64,000 nucleotides of DNA from Candidatus Krumholzibacteriia bacterium (GTDB lineage Bacteria; Krumholzibacteriota; Krumholzibacteriia; JAJRXK01). Below are positions 36,483-45,405 of this stretch, piece after piece. The notes beneath the pieces were generated by a model. That model was not told the origin of the DNA, did not search any database, and saw only the letters and a list, made by a program, of their open reading frames with translations. Position numbers and translations under genes: made by a program. Position 1 is the stretch's first letter. Each line of letters opens with the position of its first letter. Location of the stretch: NCBI GenBank assembly GCA_035268685.1, contig DATFKK010000170.1, positions 11,708 through 75,707 on the forward strand, written 5' to 3'.

Positions 36483-38732
36483 TCAGCGCGCAAGCACCAT
36501 GCGGCGGGCGCTGGTGCCGTCGTCGCTGATCAGGGAGTACAGGTACACCCCGCTCGACACGGGCCGGCCGGTGTCGTCCAGGCCGTCCCAGTCGGCGTGC
36601 AGCTTCCCGGGCTCGACGACGTCGTCGACGAGGGTCCGCACCTGACGACCGCGGGCGTCGTGGATCACCAGGCGGGCGTGCATGCGGCGCGGCACGCTGA
36701 ACTCGATGCGTGTCGAAGGATTGAAGGGGTTCGGATAGTTCTGCCCGACCTCGGCCCGGCGCGGCGCGGGCGTGGTGCCGGCCGTGACCTCGGCCACGGT
36801 GCTCTGGATCTCGTCGCCGCTCGCCAGGCGAAGCGCCAGCCGGTAGCGGTAACTGCGGCCGATGACGGCCGTCGGGTCGAAGACCTCGCCGCCGGCCGCG
36901 CGCAGCGTGACCTCGACGTCGTCGAGGCGCACGAAGCGCTCGGGGGTGCGGGCCTCGGCGCGGTCGACCGCCACGTCCACGATCCGCACGCCGGGGGCCG
37001 AGCGCCACTCGAGCAGCACGCCCCGTCCGAAGGGGCGGGCCGCGAAGGTCGAAAGGGCGGTCGCCACCGGCGTCGCCTCGCCCTGGCCCTCGATCAGCCG
37101 GTAGAAGCGGTTGGCCTCGATACCGGAGAACTCCTCCATCGCGCCGCCGGGCCACTTCACCTCGACCGACTCGACGTCACCCCAGCCGAGACCGAACTCG
37201 ACCTCGAGCGAGGGGTGGCTCATGAAGCTCGTTCCCGCGTGCACCTCGCGCATCATGGTCACGCCCGCCGTGGTGGTCAGGTAGACCTTCGCGCCGATCC
37301 CCATGCGGTTGGTGACGCCGCCGTCGCCCACGCGTCCCTCGAGCCGCAGGTTCACCCAGTTGTGGCCGGTGTCCTGGTCGTTGCGGAACACCATGCTGTG
37401 GCCGGTGAAGACCTGCGTGTAGTCCTGCGGCGTGGGGTCGTAGTAGGTGTTGTTCGTGGTCACCACGTCGAGGTCGCCGTCGCGGTCGAGGTCGCCGGTC
37501 GCCAGTCCGCGGCCGAACAGACCGGCGTCGAAGCCCGCGCTCTCGTTCGCCGGGGTGAAGGTCCAGCCGCTGGCGGGCCCGTCGTTGATGTAGAGCTGAT
37601 CGGGGATGTCGAAGGGCTGCGAGAAGATGTTCGAGAAGATGTGCCCACCGGTGAGGATCAGGTCGAGGTCGGTGTCGTTGTCGAGGTCGACGAACTCCAC
37701 GCCCCAGCAGTTCAGGTCGAACTCCACGCCGGCACTGGCCGCGACGTCGGTGAACGACAGATCGCCGGTCGAGCCGTCCACGCCGTCGTTGCGGTACAGC
37801 GCGTTGAGCTGGAAGTTCGTGACGTAGATGTCGAGGTCGAGGTCGTTGTCGTAGTCGGCGATGGCCAGGCCCATGCTCTGGGCCTTGGGCTCGTCGGCGC
37901 GACCGTCACCCAGGATCCCCAGGGCCCGGGCGCGTTCCACGAAGGCATAGTCCCCGGCCGGCCCCTGGTTCTCGTAGAAGAAATTGAAGCCGAAGTCGTT
38001 GGCGACGTACAGGTCGAGGTCGTCGTCGTCGTCCAGGTCGGTGAAGACACCGGTGAAGCCCCAGAACGGATCGTCCTTGCCGTCGATCACCGCGTCCGGG
38101 ATCTGGCGCACGAACGAGAATCCGTTCCCACTCTCGTTGCGGTACAGCACGTCGACCTGGAAGCGGTAGTGGGCGATGTACAGGTCGACGAAGCCGTCCT
38201 GGTCGTAGTCACCGAAGGACACGCCCATCGACTCGGGCGGAGGGAAGTAGGAACCGTCGAACTCCAGACTTCCCGGCAGCACGGGAACGAGCCCGTACTG
38301 GGTCTCGTTCGAGCGATAGCGGTCGCCGCCGTTGATCTGCAGGAGCGGCTGCTCGTAGAAGTTCGCGATCGCCAGGTCCGGACGGCCGTTGTTGTTGACG
38401 TCGGCGAAGGCCAGACCGTTCCCCCCGCGGCTGTTCGACACGCCCATCTGCGCACTGACGTCGGTGAAGGTCCAGTCGCCGTCGTTCAGGAAGAGGCGGT
38501 TGCCCACCTCGCTGCCGTTGGTGAAGAAGACGTCGAGCCAGCCGTCGCCGTTGACGTCCTCGATCCCCACCCCCGGTCCGTAGAGGTTCTGCTCCTCCAG
38601 GGTGAGCGAGCGCGGGTCGTGCTCGAAGCGCATTCCCGTCTGCTCGGAGATCTCGGTGAAGGTGACCGCGGCCGCGGCGGGGAGGGTCGTGCTCACGCAC
38701 AGGGCGAGAGCCGGGAGCACGAGACGACGCAT
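36483..38732 (-). CDS. CRTAC1/ASPIC-UnbV family FG-GAP (VCBS) repeat protein with PNPFNP-type C-terminal domain
   Basis: Start trimmed to MRRLVLPALALCVSTTLPAAAA. Repeated D.DGDG.lD motifs (DVNGDGWLDVFF, DYDQDGFVDLYI, DLDRDGDLDVV). UnbV-like block NRMGIGAKVYL..REVHAGTSFMS. The C-terminus reads NYPNPFNPSTRIEF..GVYLYSL..MVLAR. Confidence 0.8.
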   Translation of the reverse strand: MRRLVLPALALCVSTTLPAAAAVTFTEISEQTGMRFEHDPRSLTLEEQNLYGPGVGIEDVNGDGWLDVFFTNGSEVGNRLFLNDGDWTFTDVSAQMGVSNSRGGNGLAFADVNNNGRPDLAIANFYEQPLLQINGGDRYRSNETQYGLVPVLPGSLEFDGSYFPPPESMGVSFGDYDQDGFVDLYIAHYRFQVDVLYRNESGNGFSFVRQIPDAVIDGKDDPFWGFTGVFTDLDDDDDLDLYVANDFGFNFFYENQGPAGDYAFVERARALGILGDGRADEPKAQSMGLAIADYDNDLDLDIYVTNFQLNALYRNDGVDGSTGDLSFTDVAASAGVEFDLNCWGVEFVDLDNDTDLDLILTGGHIFSNIFSQPFDIPDQLYINDGPASGWTFTPANESAGFDAGLFGRGLATGDLDRDGDLDVVTTNNTYYDPTPQDYTQVFTGHSMVFRNDQDTGHNWVNLRLEGRVGDGGVTNRMGIGAKVYLTTTAGVTMMREVHAGTSFMSHPSLEVEFGLGWGDVESVEVKWPGGAMEEFSGIEANRFYRLIEGQGEATPVATALSTFAARPFGRGVLLEWRSAPGVRIVDVAVDRAEARTPERFVRLDDVEVTLRAAGGEVFDPTAVIGRSYRYRLALRLASGDEIQSTVAEVTAGTTPAPRRAEVGQNYPNPFNPSTRIEFSVPRRMHARLVIHDARGRQVRTLVDDVVEPGKLHADWDGLDDTGRPVSSGVYLYSLISDDGTSARRMVLAR

Positions 38733-38763
38733 GGTGTCCTCCGGGACGGGGTCGAGGTCGATC

Positions 38764-40236
38764 TCAGCGGGCGTCGACGTGTTCGGGTAGTGGGACCATC
38801 GAGAAGGGCTCGAGGGCATCGACGATCGGCGATCCGCTGGGCACGCGCGTGGGCACGGTCGGATCCGAACGGCCGTCGATCGTACGGTCGGTCATCGCGT
38901 GCATGAACGCGACGAGATCGTCGACCTCCTGATCGGTCAGGTCGATCGGGACCAGGCGGTCGTCGAGCAGGTCGGGGGTCAGGATCGGTCCCGGCGTGCG
39001 CGTCATCTGCAGGCGGCCCATGTATCGATCGTAGATCGCTGACCACTCGGGTCGGGTTTCCGGGTCGGGCGGAACGCCCGCGATCAGGTGGAAGATCACC
39101 ACGTCGCGCAGACTGTTCGCCGTGCCGTGGCGGAACCAAGGTCCCGTCAGGGCCACGTTACGCAGCGTCGGCACGCGGTATCGGTGCACGTCCTCGGGAT
39201 TCGAGGTGTGCTCCATGCGGCCGATGTCCACGCCGTTGCCGCCGCGCTCCACCGGGTACCGGCCGGGCGCGCGGGGGTTGTCGGCGACGCCGATCCGCGA
39301 GAACGAGAAGTCGCTGAACATGGGTCCGGAGTGGCAGGCGGCGCAGTTCGCCTTCCCGTAGTAGAGGTCGGCGCCCCGGAGCTGCTCGAGGGTCAGGGCT
39401 CGGTCGTCCCCTCGCACCCACTGGTCGTAGGCGCTGTCGATCGTCACCAGTTCGCGCTGGTAGGCGGCCAACGCACGCTCCAGCGTGTTCTTCCGGACGA
39501 CCTGCTCGGTCGGATCCGCCTCCGCGGCTTCCCCGGGGAAGGCCTGCGCGAACAGGTCGACGTACTCGTCGATCTGTTGCAACCGGGCGACCATCGTGTC
39601 GGCCGCCGCCGAGTCGGAGTAGGTGTGGACGCCGTGGTTGGGCAGGTGGTAGCTCATCTCGTCGATGGTCGCCGTGGGTTGCAGCGACTGACGCTCCAGG
39701 CCCGCCGTCCGACCATCCCAGAGCAGCAGTCCGCGGTGGCTCGGCGGACCGCCGGCTTCGGCGCTGTTGAAGCCGACGTTCATCGCGGTGGGGGTGTTGC
39801 GCGGCATCAGCATGACGTTCTCGTCGGTGAGCACGCGCTCGGGACCGAAGCCGGACCCGCTGACCCCGGAGCTGAGGTCCACGCCGTCCTGCCAGGCCAT
39901 TGCAGGGTGGTGGCAGCTGCCGCAACTGGTGTCGAGTCGTCCGGACAAGAGCTGGTCGAAGAACAGGAAGCGGCCCAGCTCCAGGCGCTTCTCGAAGCCC
40001 GGCTCCGACGGCGCGTTCTGTGGCGGATACGGCAGATCGCCCAGCTCGAGTGTCTCGAGGGCGTAGACCTCGCGCGGGTCCGGCCCATCGAAGTCGTCGT
40101 AGGGATTCGGGCGGTCGTCGACCGGAGAGGAGGGACCGCCGTCGTCCGAGCAGCCTCCGAGCGAGAGCAGGGCCGAAGCGGAGAAGACGACGAGGATGCA
40201 CGTTGCGAGACCACGTGGCAGACCACGAGGCATCAT
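38764..40236 (-). CDS. Di-haem cytochrome c peroxidase (CCP/MauG family) lipoprotein
   Basis: Lipobox LLSLGGC. Two CxxCH motifs (CGSCHHP, CAACHSG). PTLRNVALTGPWFRHG is typical of CCP. Confidence 0.8.
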   Translation of the reverse strand: MMPRGLPRGLATCILVVFSASALLSLGGCSDDGGPSSPVDDRPNPYDDFDGPDPREVYALETLELGDLPYPPQNAPSEPGFEKRLELGRFLFFDQLLSGRLDTSCGSCHHPAMAWQDGVDLSSGVSGSGFGPERVLTDENVMLMPRNTPTAMNVGFNSAEAGGPPSHRGLLLWDGRTAGLERQSLQPTATIDEMSYHLPNHGVHTYSDSAAADTMVARLQQIDEYVDLFAQAFPGEAAEADPTEQVVRKNTLERALAAYQRELVTIDSAYDQWVRGDDRALTLEQLRGADLYYGKANCAACHSGPMFSDFSFSRIGVADNPRAPGRYPVERGGNGVDIGRMEHTSNPEDVHRYRVPTLRNVALTGPWFRHGTANSLRDVVIFHLIAGVPPDPETRPEWSAIYDRYMGRLQMTRTPGPILTPDLLDDRLVPIDLTDQEVDDLVAFMHAMTDRTIDGRSDPTVPTRVPSGSPIVDALEPFSMVPLPEHVDAR

Positions 40237-40445
40237 GACGGTGTCCTTCCTGACGTGTGCAGCATGTCACTGCGCCGGACCCGCGGCGAAACGGGCGGGG
40301 AGCGGGGGGCGAAACCCTGGCGCAGCGAACTGAATCATACCCCAGAACAGGGCTCGACGGCAATCCGGAGGGGGGCGGATGGGCACCGGTCCGGCCCGGC
40401 CGGAAACTGGTGCTTCTGCATCAGTCGGCACGCCAACGACTTGTC

Positions 40446-40462
40446 TGGCACGAAGGTCGCAT
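40446..40462 (+). promoter_or_regulatory. Candidate sigma-54 (-24/-12) promoter
   Basis: TGGCACGAAGGTCGCAT versus consensus TGGCACG-N4-TTGCW (one mismatch). It lies about 210 nt upstream of the thioesterase gene in a 435-bp intergenic region. Confidence 0.25.
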
Positions 40463-40671
40463 TTCCACAGTTGTCGTCGGAACGGGGGTTGTTATCGTGC
40501 CCCTGCACACACGACGTGGATTTCGGGTCCGGGACGAGGCGGAGTGGCTAGAACGACCAAGAGGGACCGCCGTCCCAACCATGTGACAAGCACACCGGTT
40601 TCTCTCCCGGACCCCACCATCCCCACGCCCACGTCATCCCGGCGTCCGCCGTCCCCCTTCGCCGAGATCTC

Positions 40672-41160
40672 GTGAACCAGCGCATCGCTCTACCCTGGAG
40701 CCGCTCCTGCTTCGTCTGCGGTACGGAGAACCCCATCGGTCTCCGCGCGCGCAGCTATCTGGTCGACGACCACGTCGAGCTCGCCTTCACTCCGCGGCCC
40801 GAGCACGCCGGGTGGACGGATGTCGTCCACGGTGGGCTGATCACGACCGTTCTCGACGAGGTGATGACCTGGGCGGCGATCGTCGTCCGCGAACGCGCCT
40901 GTTTCGCGGCCGACTTCTCCGTGCGACTGCGGAAGCCCCTGGTCCCGGGCACACCCTGTACCGCGATTGCTCGCGTGGAGTCGGAGCGCCGCCGCGTGCT
41001 CGGCACCGCAGCCGAGCTGATCGGTGCCGACGGGACCACCTACGCGACGGCGTCCGGACGCTACGTCTCGATCCCTCCGGAGAAGATGACCCACATGGAG
41101 CAGGAGTGGGTGAGCGAGCCCGGAGGATGGCCGATCGAGAAGCTCTTCGATCCCTCTTGA
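40672..41160 (+). CDS. PaaI-family hotdog-fold thioesterase
   Basis: GTG start. SCFVCGTENPIGL and HGGLITTVLDEVMTWA are typical of PaaI/4HBT thioesterases. Confidence 0.7.
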   Translation: MNQRIALPWSRSCFVCGTENPIGLRARSYLVDDHVELAFTPRPEHAGWTDVVHGGLITTVLDEVMTWAAIVVRERACFAADFSVRLRKPLVPGTPCTAIARVESERRRVLGTAAELIGADGTTYATASGRYVSIPPEKMTHMEQEWVSEPGGWPIEKLFDPS

Positions 41161-41282
41161 TACACAGAACCGTAGAGCGATCCGTACGACGAACGGCGAG
41201 GCGCCCCCGAGCCCGCAGGCTCCCGGTGCAGGCCCGACTCCGGCGCCCCGCCACGTTCGTGACGTGCTCCAAGATGAGGGCA

Positions 41283-41307
41283 CACCGTTCCAGACTACGG
41301 AACGGTG
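41283..41307. promoter_or_regulatory. Perfect 9-bp inverted repeat upstream of the WYL regulator (candidate operator)
   Basis: CACCGTTCC-agactac-GGAACGGTG, about 60 nt upstream of the preferred GTG start at 41368. Confidence 0.4.
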
Positions 41308-41367
41308 GGGCCGTATTCTTCCTGTCCTGCCGAATCCGGCGTACTCCAGGCTCCCGAGGTGTACACC

Positions 41368-42411
41368 GTGCCGAGCAAGCGCGACCGAGACGCCACCCAT
41401 GCGAACAAGCTGTTGCGGCTGTTCGCCAAGCTGTTCTTCAACGACCGCGAATACTCGCTCACCGAGCTCTCGGAGATGCTCGAGTGTTCCAAACAGACGG
41501 TCCTGCGCCTCGTCGACGCGATCGAGGAGTCCATGGGCCTCGACGTCGAGCGAACGCGTCGCGGGAACCGGAGCTTCTTCCGTCTTCCGAGACGGAGAGC
41601 GGTTCCCGCGGTCAAACTCCTGAGCCACGAGGAGCTCCAGGCCCTGCACATGTGCGCGGCCTTCGCCGAGTCGCTTCTCGGCCGTGAGCTCTTCGACGAG
41701 GCCACCATGGGTCTCGAGAAGACCTCGGTCCTCCTGCCGGTCGAACAGCCGCCGTCCGAGGAGCACTTCGCCACCTTGAGCGGGGGCCACGTCGACTACG
41801 GCGAGCACGCCGACACCCTGCGGCTGCTGATCGAGGCGATGGAGGAGAAACGCGTGTGCCGGGTGCGCTACCGACGTCTCCTCGCCGACCGCGAGCGCAC
41901 CTTCAACGTCAAACCGCTGAAGATCTTCTCGTACCGCGACTGCATCTACCTGCACACGCGGCGGGCGCGGGAACCAGGGCAGCCCTGGAAGGAGCCCAAG
42001 TACCACCCGCTGCTCGCAGTGCATCGGATCCAGTGGATCGACAAGACCGACCAGGTCTTCCGCGTTCCCGACAACTACGACTTCGAGCGCGACGTGAAGG
42101 CCGGCTTCGGTGTCTGGCAGAACGAACCCTTCCGGGTGCGTTGCCGTTTCACCGGCTGGGCTGCCGAGTACGTCGCCGAGCGGCGGTGGAGTCCCGATCA
42201 GGTGGTCGAGCAGCGCAGCGACCGCTCGATCGTGCTCGAGTTCACGGCACGGGGACGTCCCGAGGTCGTGTCGTGGATCCTCGGTTTCGGGCCGAACGCC
42301 CGGGTGCTCGAGCCGACCGACATGGTCGACGAGGTCCGGGCGCAGATGGAGCAGGCGCTCGCGGGCTACGGGGACGAGGACGCGCTCGACGACCGCAGCC
42401 AGTCGGCGTAG
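41368..42411 (+). CDS. HTH-WYL-WCX type transcriptional regulator
   Basis: ORF 41305..42411; the start may be GTG 41368. N-terminal HTH: YSLTELSEMLECSKQTVLRLVDAIEE. WYL-like core: RTFNVKPLKIFSYRDCIYLH. C-terminal WCX-like region: VLEFTARGRPEVVSWILGFGPNARVLEP. Confidence 0.7.
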   Translation: MPSKRDRDATHANKLLRLFAKLFFNDREYSLTELSEMLECSKQTVLRLVDAIEESMGLDVERTRRGNRSFFRLPRRRAVPAVKLLSHEELQALHMCAAFAESLLGRELFDEATMGLEKTSVLLPVEQPPSEEHFATLSGGHVDYGEHADTLRLLIEAMEEKRVCRVRYRRLLADRERTFNVKPLKIFSYRDCIYLHTRRAREPGQPWKEPKYHPLLAVHRIQWIDKTDQVFRVPDNYDFERDVKAGFGVWQNEPFRVRCRFTGWAAEYVAERRWSPDQVVEQRSDRSIVLEFTARGRPEVVSWILGFGPNARVLEPTDMVDEVRAQMEQALAGYGDEDALDDRSQSA

Positions 42412-43355
42412 GGGAACAGCGCCGGCGTGCCGCCGGTGTGCCAGAAGAGGACGCGCGAAGCTCGGGGCAGGCGACCGTCGGCCGTCATCGCCAGCAGTCC
42501 CCCGAAGGCCCGTGCAGTGTAGACGGGGTCGAGCAGGACGCCCTCGGTACGGGCCGATCGGTGCACGGCGTCGCGCTCCCGAGCGGTGACCGTGCCGTAG
42601 CCGGGCACGGCGAACTCGTCGACGACTTCGATGGCCGCGCCGGTCGTCGTGCCGTCTTCGGTGTCGAGGGCGGCGATCAGCTCCGTGATCTCGTCGCGCA
42701 GGTCTCCGTTCGGACCGGGCTCGGGGTCGATCCGGACACCGATCCCACGTGCGTTCAGATCGGCCCGGGCCATCCCGACACACAGTCCGGCCTGCGTGCC
42801 GCCGCTGCTCGACGCGAACACGATCGCGTCGAAGTGCAGCGAACGGGCTTCGCACTGCTCGCGCAGCTCGGCCGCCGCACGCACGTAGCCGCGGGCACCG
42901 ATCGGATTCGATCCTCCGTAGGGCACGACCACCGGTGACCGTCCGCGCTCGCGCAGCGCGGTCACGATCGTCGGCACCGTCTCGCCCTTGCGCGCCTCGC
43001 CGCACCAGTGCAGATGCGCGCCGAGCAGGTCGTCGAGCAGAAGGTTTCCGTCGCGCGTGCCCGGGTCCGCGCCCCCGAGTGCGAGGTGGCACTCGAGTCC
43101 GGCGCAGGCGGCGGCCGCGGCCGTCTGCCGGCAGTGGTTCGACTGTACCGCGCCCGAGGTGACGAGCGTGTCGGCGCCGCGCGCCAAGGCGTCGCCGACC
43201 AGGAACTCGAGCTTGCGAGTCTTGTTGCCGCCGAAGGCCAGACCGGTCAGGTCGTCGCGCTTGATCCACAGCTCGATGTCCAGCTCCGCGCTCAGGCGTC
43301 GCATGGGGTGCAGCGGCGTGGGCTGGGGAACGAGTTCGAAGCGAGGCGTGGTCAC
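42366..43355 (-). CDS. PLP-dependent D-cysteine desulfhydrase / ACC deaminase family enzyme
   Basis: GTG start with GGAAGGA upstream. IKRDDLTGLAFGGNKTRKLEFL (PLP lysine), SNHCRQTA and FWHTGGTPALF. The 3' end overlaps the convergent WYL gene by 46 nt. Confidence 0.8.
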   Translation of the reverse strand: MTTPRFELVPQPTPLHPMRRLSAELDIELWIKRDDLTGLAFGGNKTRKLEFLVGDALARGADTLVTSGAVQSNHCRQTAAAAACAGLECHLALGGADPGTRDGNLLLDDLLGAHLHWCGEARKGETVPTIVTALRERGRSPVVVPYGGSNPIGARGYVRAAAELREQCEARSLHFDAIVFASSSGGTQAGLCVGMARADLNARGIGVRIDPEPGPNGDLRDEITELIAALDTEDGTTTGAAIEVVDEFAVPGYGTVTARERDAVHRSARTEGVLLDPVYTARAFGGLLAMTADGRLPRASRVLFWHTGGTPALFPYADWLRSSSASSSP

Positions 43356-43359
43356 GATC

Positions 43360-44397
43360 TCAGTCCTTCCTCGGAGCCGGCGGCACACCGGAGAGCAGAT
43401 CCCACACGGGCAGTCGTTCGCCCGCGAAATCGATCCAGGCCAGATTCTCCCACGGCGACCCAGGGGCGCTTCCGGCGAGCCACGCGGGCTCCCACGCGAA
43501 CAGGGCGTCGGTGGCCGGTTGGGCGCGCACGAGGTCGGCGACGGCCGCGAACCAGGCACGCTGCCCGGCGGGTGTGGCCGGGGGGCCGTTGCGAAGTTGT
43601 TCGGTGGTGCCCACGACGTTGTGTTCGGCGTCGGCCCAGCCGAGCGTGAAGGGGTACGCCGTCTCCACGATCCACACCCGCCGTTCGCCGGCCGCCCGGG
43701 CCACGCGGTCGAGGGCGCGACGCAGCGCCGCGAGATCGCCGTGCCACCACGGATACCATGACAGGCCGACCACGTCGAAGTGCACGCCGGCGGCATCGAG
43801 TGCGGTCACGCGCGCGGCGGCGACCTTGCCTTCGGCCTGACCCGAGACGTGCATCACGATGGTGGTGGTGGAGTCCGACCGCGCGGTGGCCGCACGGAGC
43901 AGGCGCGTCGCGCCGGCGGACTCGAACGAGCCGTGGGGGAGCAGGATTCCCGGATCGATCTCGTTGCCGATCTGCACGGCGTCGACACGGCCGGCGAAGC
44001 CCGCCGTGATCGATGCCACATAGGCCGCGAGGCTGTCGGCCAACACTTCCGGTGCGAGACCACGCCACGCGCGCGGCAGTTCCTGTCGTCCGGGGTCGGC
44101 CCAGGTGTCGGACAGGTGCAGGGCGAGCAGGACCTTCAGGCCGTGGCGCTTCGCCCGCGTGGCCAGACGGTGGGCCTGCTCGCGACCGCCGTGCTCGTGG
44201 CGTGAGGTGTGGAAGACGCGCAGGCGGATCCAGTCGCCACCGGCTCCGGCCCACGCGGACACGGGGTCGATCCCGGGGTGCCGATCGGCGATGGCCGGCC
44301 AGGAGGAGAGGTCCGCTCCCCACATCGGACCCGCAGCCGGTGCCGATCCGACCGCAAGCATGGCGCTCAGCAGCAGGGCCACGGGCACGAGCGTCAA
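43360..44397 (-). CDS. GH53 arabinogalactan endo-beta-1,4-galactanase (secreted)
   Basis: The tentative TTG start at 44397 overlaps the pip stop and gives LTLVPVALLLSAMLAVGSAPAAG as a signal-like N-terminus; an alternative ATG is at 44361. Motifs: VQIGNEI, GLSWYPWWHG, VWIVETAYPF. Confidence 0.7.
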   Translation of the reverse strand: MTLVPVALLLSAMLAVGSAPAAGPMWGADLSSWPAIADRHPGIDPVSAWAGAGGDWIRLRVFHTSRHEHGGREQAHRLATRAKRHGLKVLLALHLSDTWADPGRQELPRAWRGLAPEVLADSLAAYVASITAGFAGRVDAVQIGNEIDPGILLPHGSFESAGATRLLRAATARSDSTTTIVMHVSGQAEGKVAAARVTALDAAGVHFDVVGLSWYPWWHGDLAALRRALDRVARAAGERRVWIVETAYPFTLGWADAEHNVVGTTEQLRNGPPATPAGQRAWFAAVADLVRAQPATDALFAWEPAWLAGSAPGSPWENLAWIDFAGERLPVWDLLSGVPPAPRKD

Positions 44398-45344
44398 TCC
44401 AGTGTCGCGAATCGATCCGTGGCTCGGATCAGGTGATCCACGATTCCCGGTTCGCTCGCCGAATGGCCTGCGTCGCCCACGACCTCGAACTCGGCCTCGG
44501 GCCAACGCCGGTGCAGCTCCCAGGCCGTGATCATCGGGCACACCACGTCGTAACGGCCCTGGACGATGAAGGTCGGGATGTTCCGGATGGTGTCGATGCC
44601 GTCGAGCAGCTGGTCGGGATGGTCGAAGAAGCCGTGGTTCGTGAAGTAGTGGCACTCGATCCGCGCGAAGGCCGCGGCGAAGGTCGGGTCGCCGGTCCGC
44701 GCGATCAGGTTCTCGTCGGGGTGCAGCTTGCTGGTGCTTCCTTCCCACACGCTCCAGGCGCGTGCCGCGCGGTCGCGGACCTCGGCGTCGTCGCTGGTCA
44801 GGCGACGGTAGTAGGCCGCGAGCAGGTCGTCGCGCTCGTCCTCGGGAATGGGGGCGAGGTAGTGCTCCCAGGCGTCGGGGAAGATGAAGTTCGCGCCCTC
44901 CTGGTAGAACCAGTGGATCTCCTTGGGCCGCAGCATGAAGATCCCGCGTAGCACCAGTCCCTTCACGCGGTCGGGGTGCTTCTGGGCGTAGGCCAGGCTC
45001 AGGGTGCTGCCCCAGCTGCCCCCGAACACCACCCAGCGATCGATGCCGAGTTCGGTGCGGATTCGCTCCATGTCGTCGACCAGGTGCCAGGTCGTGTTCT
45101 CCTCGAGCTCGGCGTGGGGCGTACTCTGGCCGCTTCCTCGCTGGTCGAAGATCACGATTCGGTAGCGCTCGGGATCGAAGTAGCGGCGGTACACCGGATC
45201 GCCGCCGCCGCCGGGTCCGCCGTGGACGAAGACCACGGGCTGGCCGTCGGGATTGCCGCACTGCTCGACGTGGATCTCGTGCAGGTCGCTCACCTTCAGG
45301 CGGGCGGTCCAGTAGGGTTCGATCTCGGGGTGGAGCGTGCGCAT
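44394..45344 (-). CDS. pip: Prolyl aminopeptidase (proline iminopeptidase, S33)
   Basis: MRTLHPEIEPY, VVFVHGGPGGG, FDQRGSGQS, GGSWGSTL (GxSxG), IVQGRYDVVCP, GHSA. Confidence 0.9.
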   Translation of the reverse strand: MRTLHPEIEPYWTARLKVSDLHEIHVEQCGNPDGQPVVFVHGGPGGGGDPVYRRYFDPERYRIVIFDQRGSGQSTPHAELEENTTWHLVDDMERIRTELGIDRWVVFGGSWGSTLSLAYAQKHPDRVKGLVLRGIFMLRPKEIHWFYQEGANFIFPDAWEHYLAPIPEDERDDLLAAYYRRLTSDDAEVRDRAARAWSVWEGSTSKLHPDENLIARTGDPTFAAAFARIECHYFTNHGFFDHPDQLLDGIDTIRNIPTFIVQGRYDVVCPMITAWELHRRWPEAEFEVVGDAGHSASEPGIVDHLIRATDRFATLD

Positions 45345-45405
45345 CCGGGGCCCTCCGGTGGTGTGGTGTGCGTCGCGGAAGGCCCCGGGGGAGACGGCGG
45401 TCGGG

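Noticed and set aside
36381-38906. 841-aa plus-strand ORF; similar cases are 45337..46563, 46585..48381, 48645..50783, 54251..57349 (-) and 60465..62447 (-)
   Set aside because: Each is antisense to a gene with strong motif support: the CRTAC1-like protein, M1 peptidase, YfcC transporter, RND permease 2 and the cytochrome fusion. The translations are H/R/G/D/V-rich without recognisable domains.
41368-42411. WYL regulator as a marker of a phage-defence island
   Set aside because: The flanking genes are a thioesterase and a desulfhydrase/galactanase/peptidase operon. No nuclease, ATPase, methylase or toxin-like genes are adjacent.
42366-42411. 46-nt convergent overlap of the WYL regulator and desulfhydrase 3' ends as a regulatory antisense feature
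   Set aside because: The conserved part of the desulfhydrase ends near WHTGGTPALFPY. The overlap is most simply late stop codons in GC-rich DNA. Nothing else supports a function.
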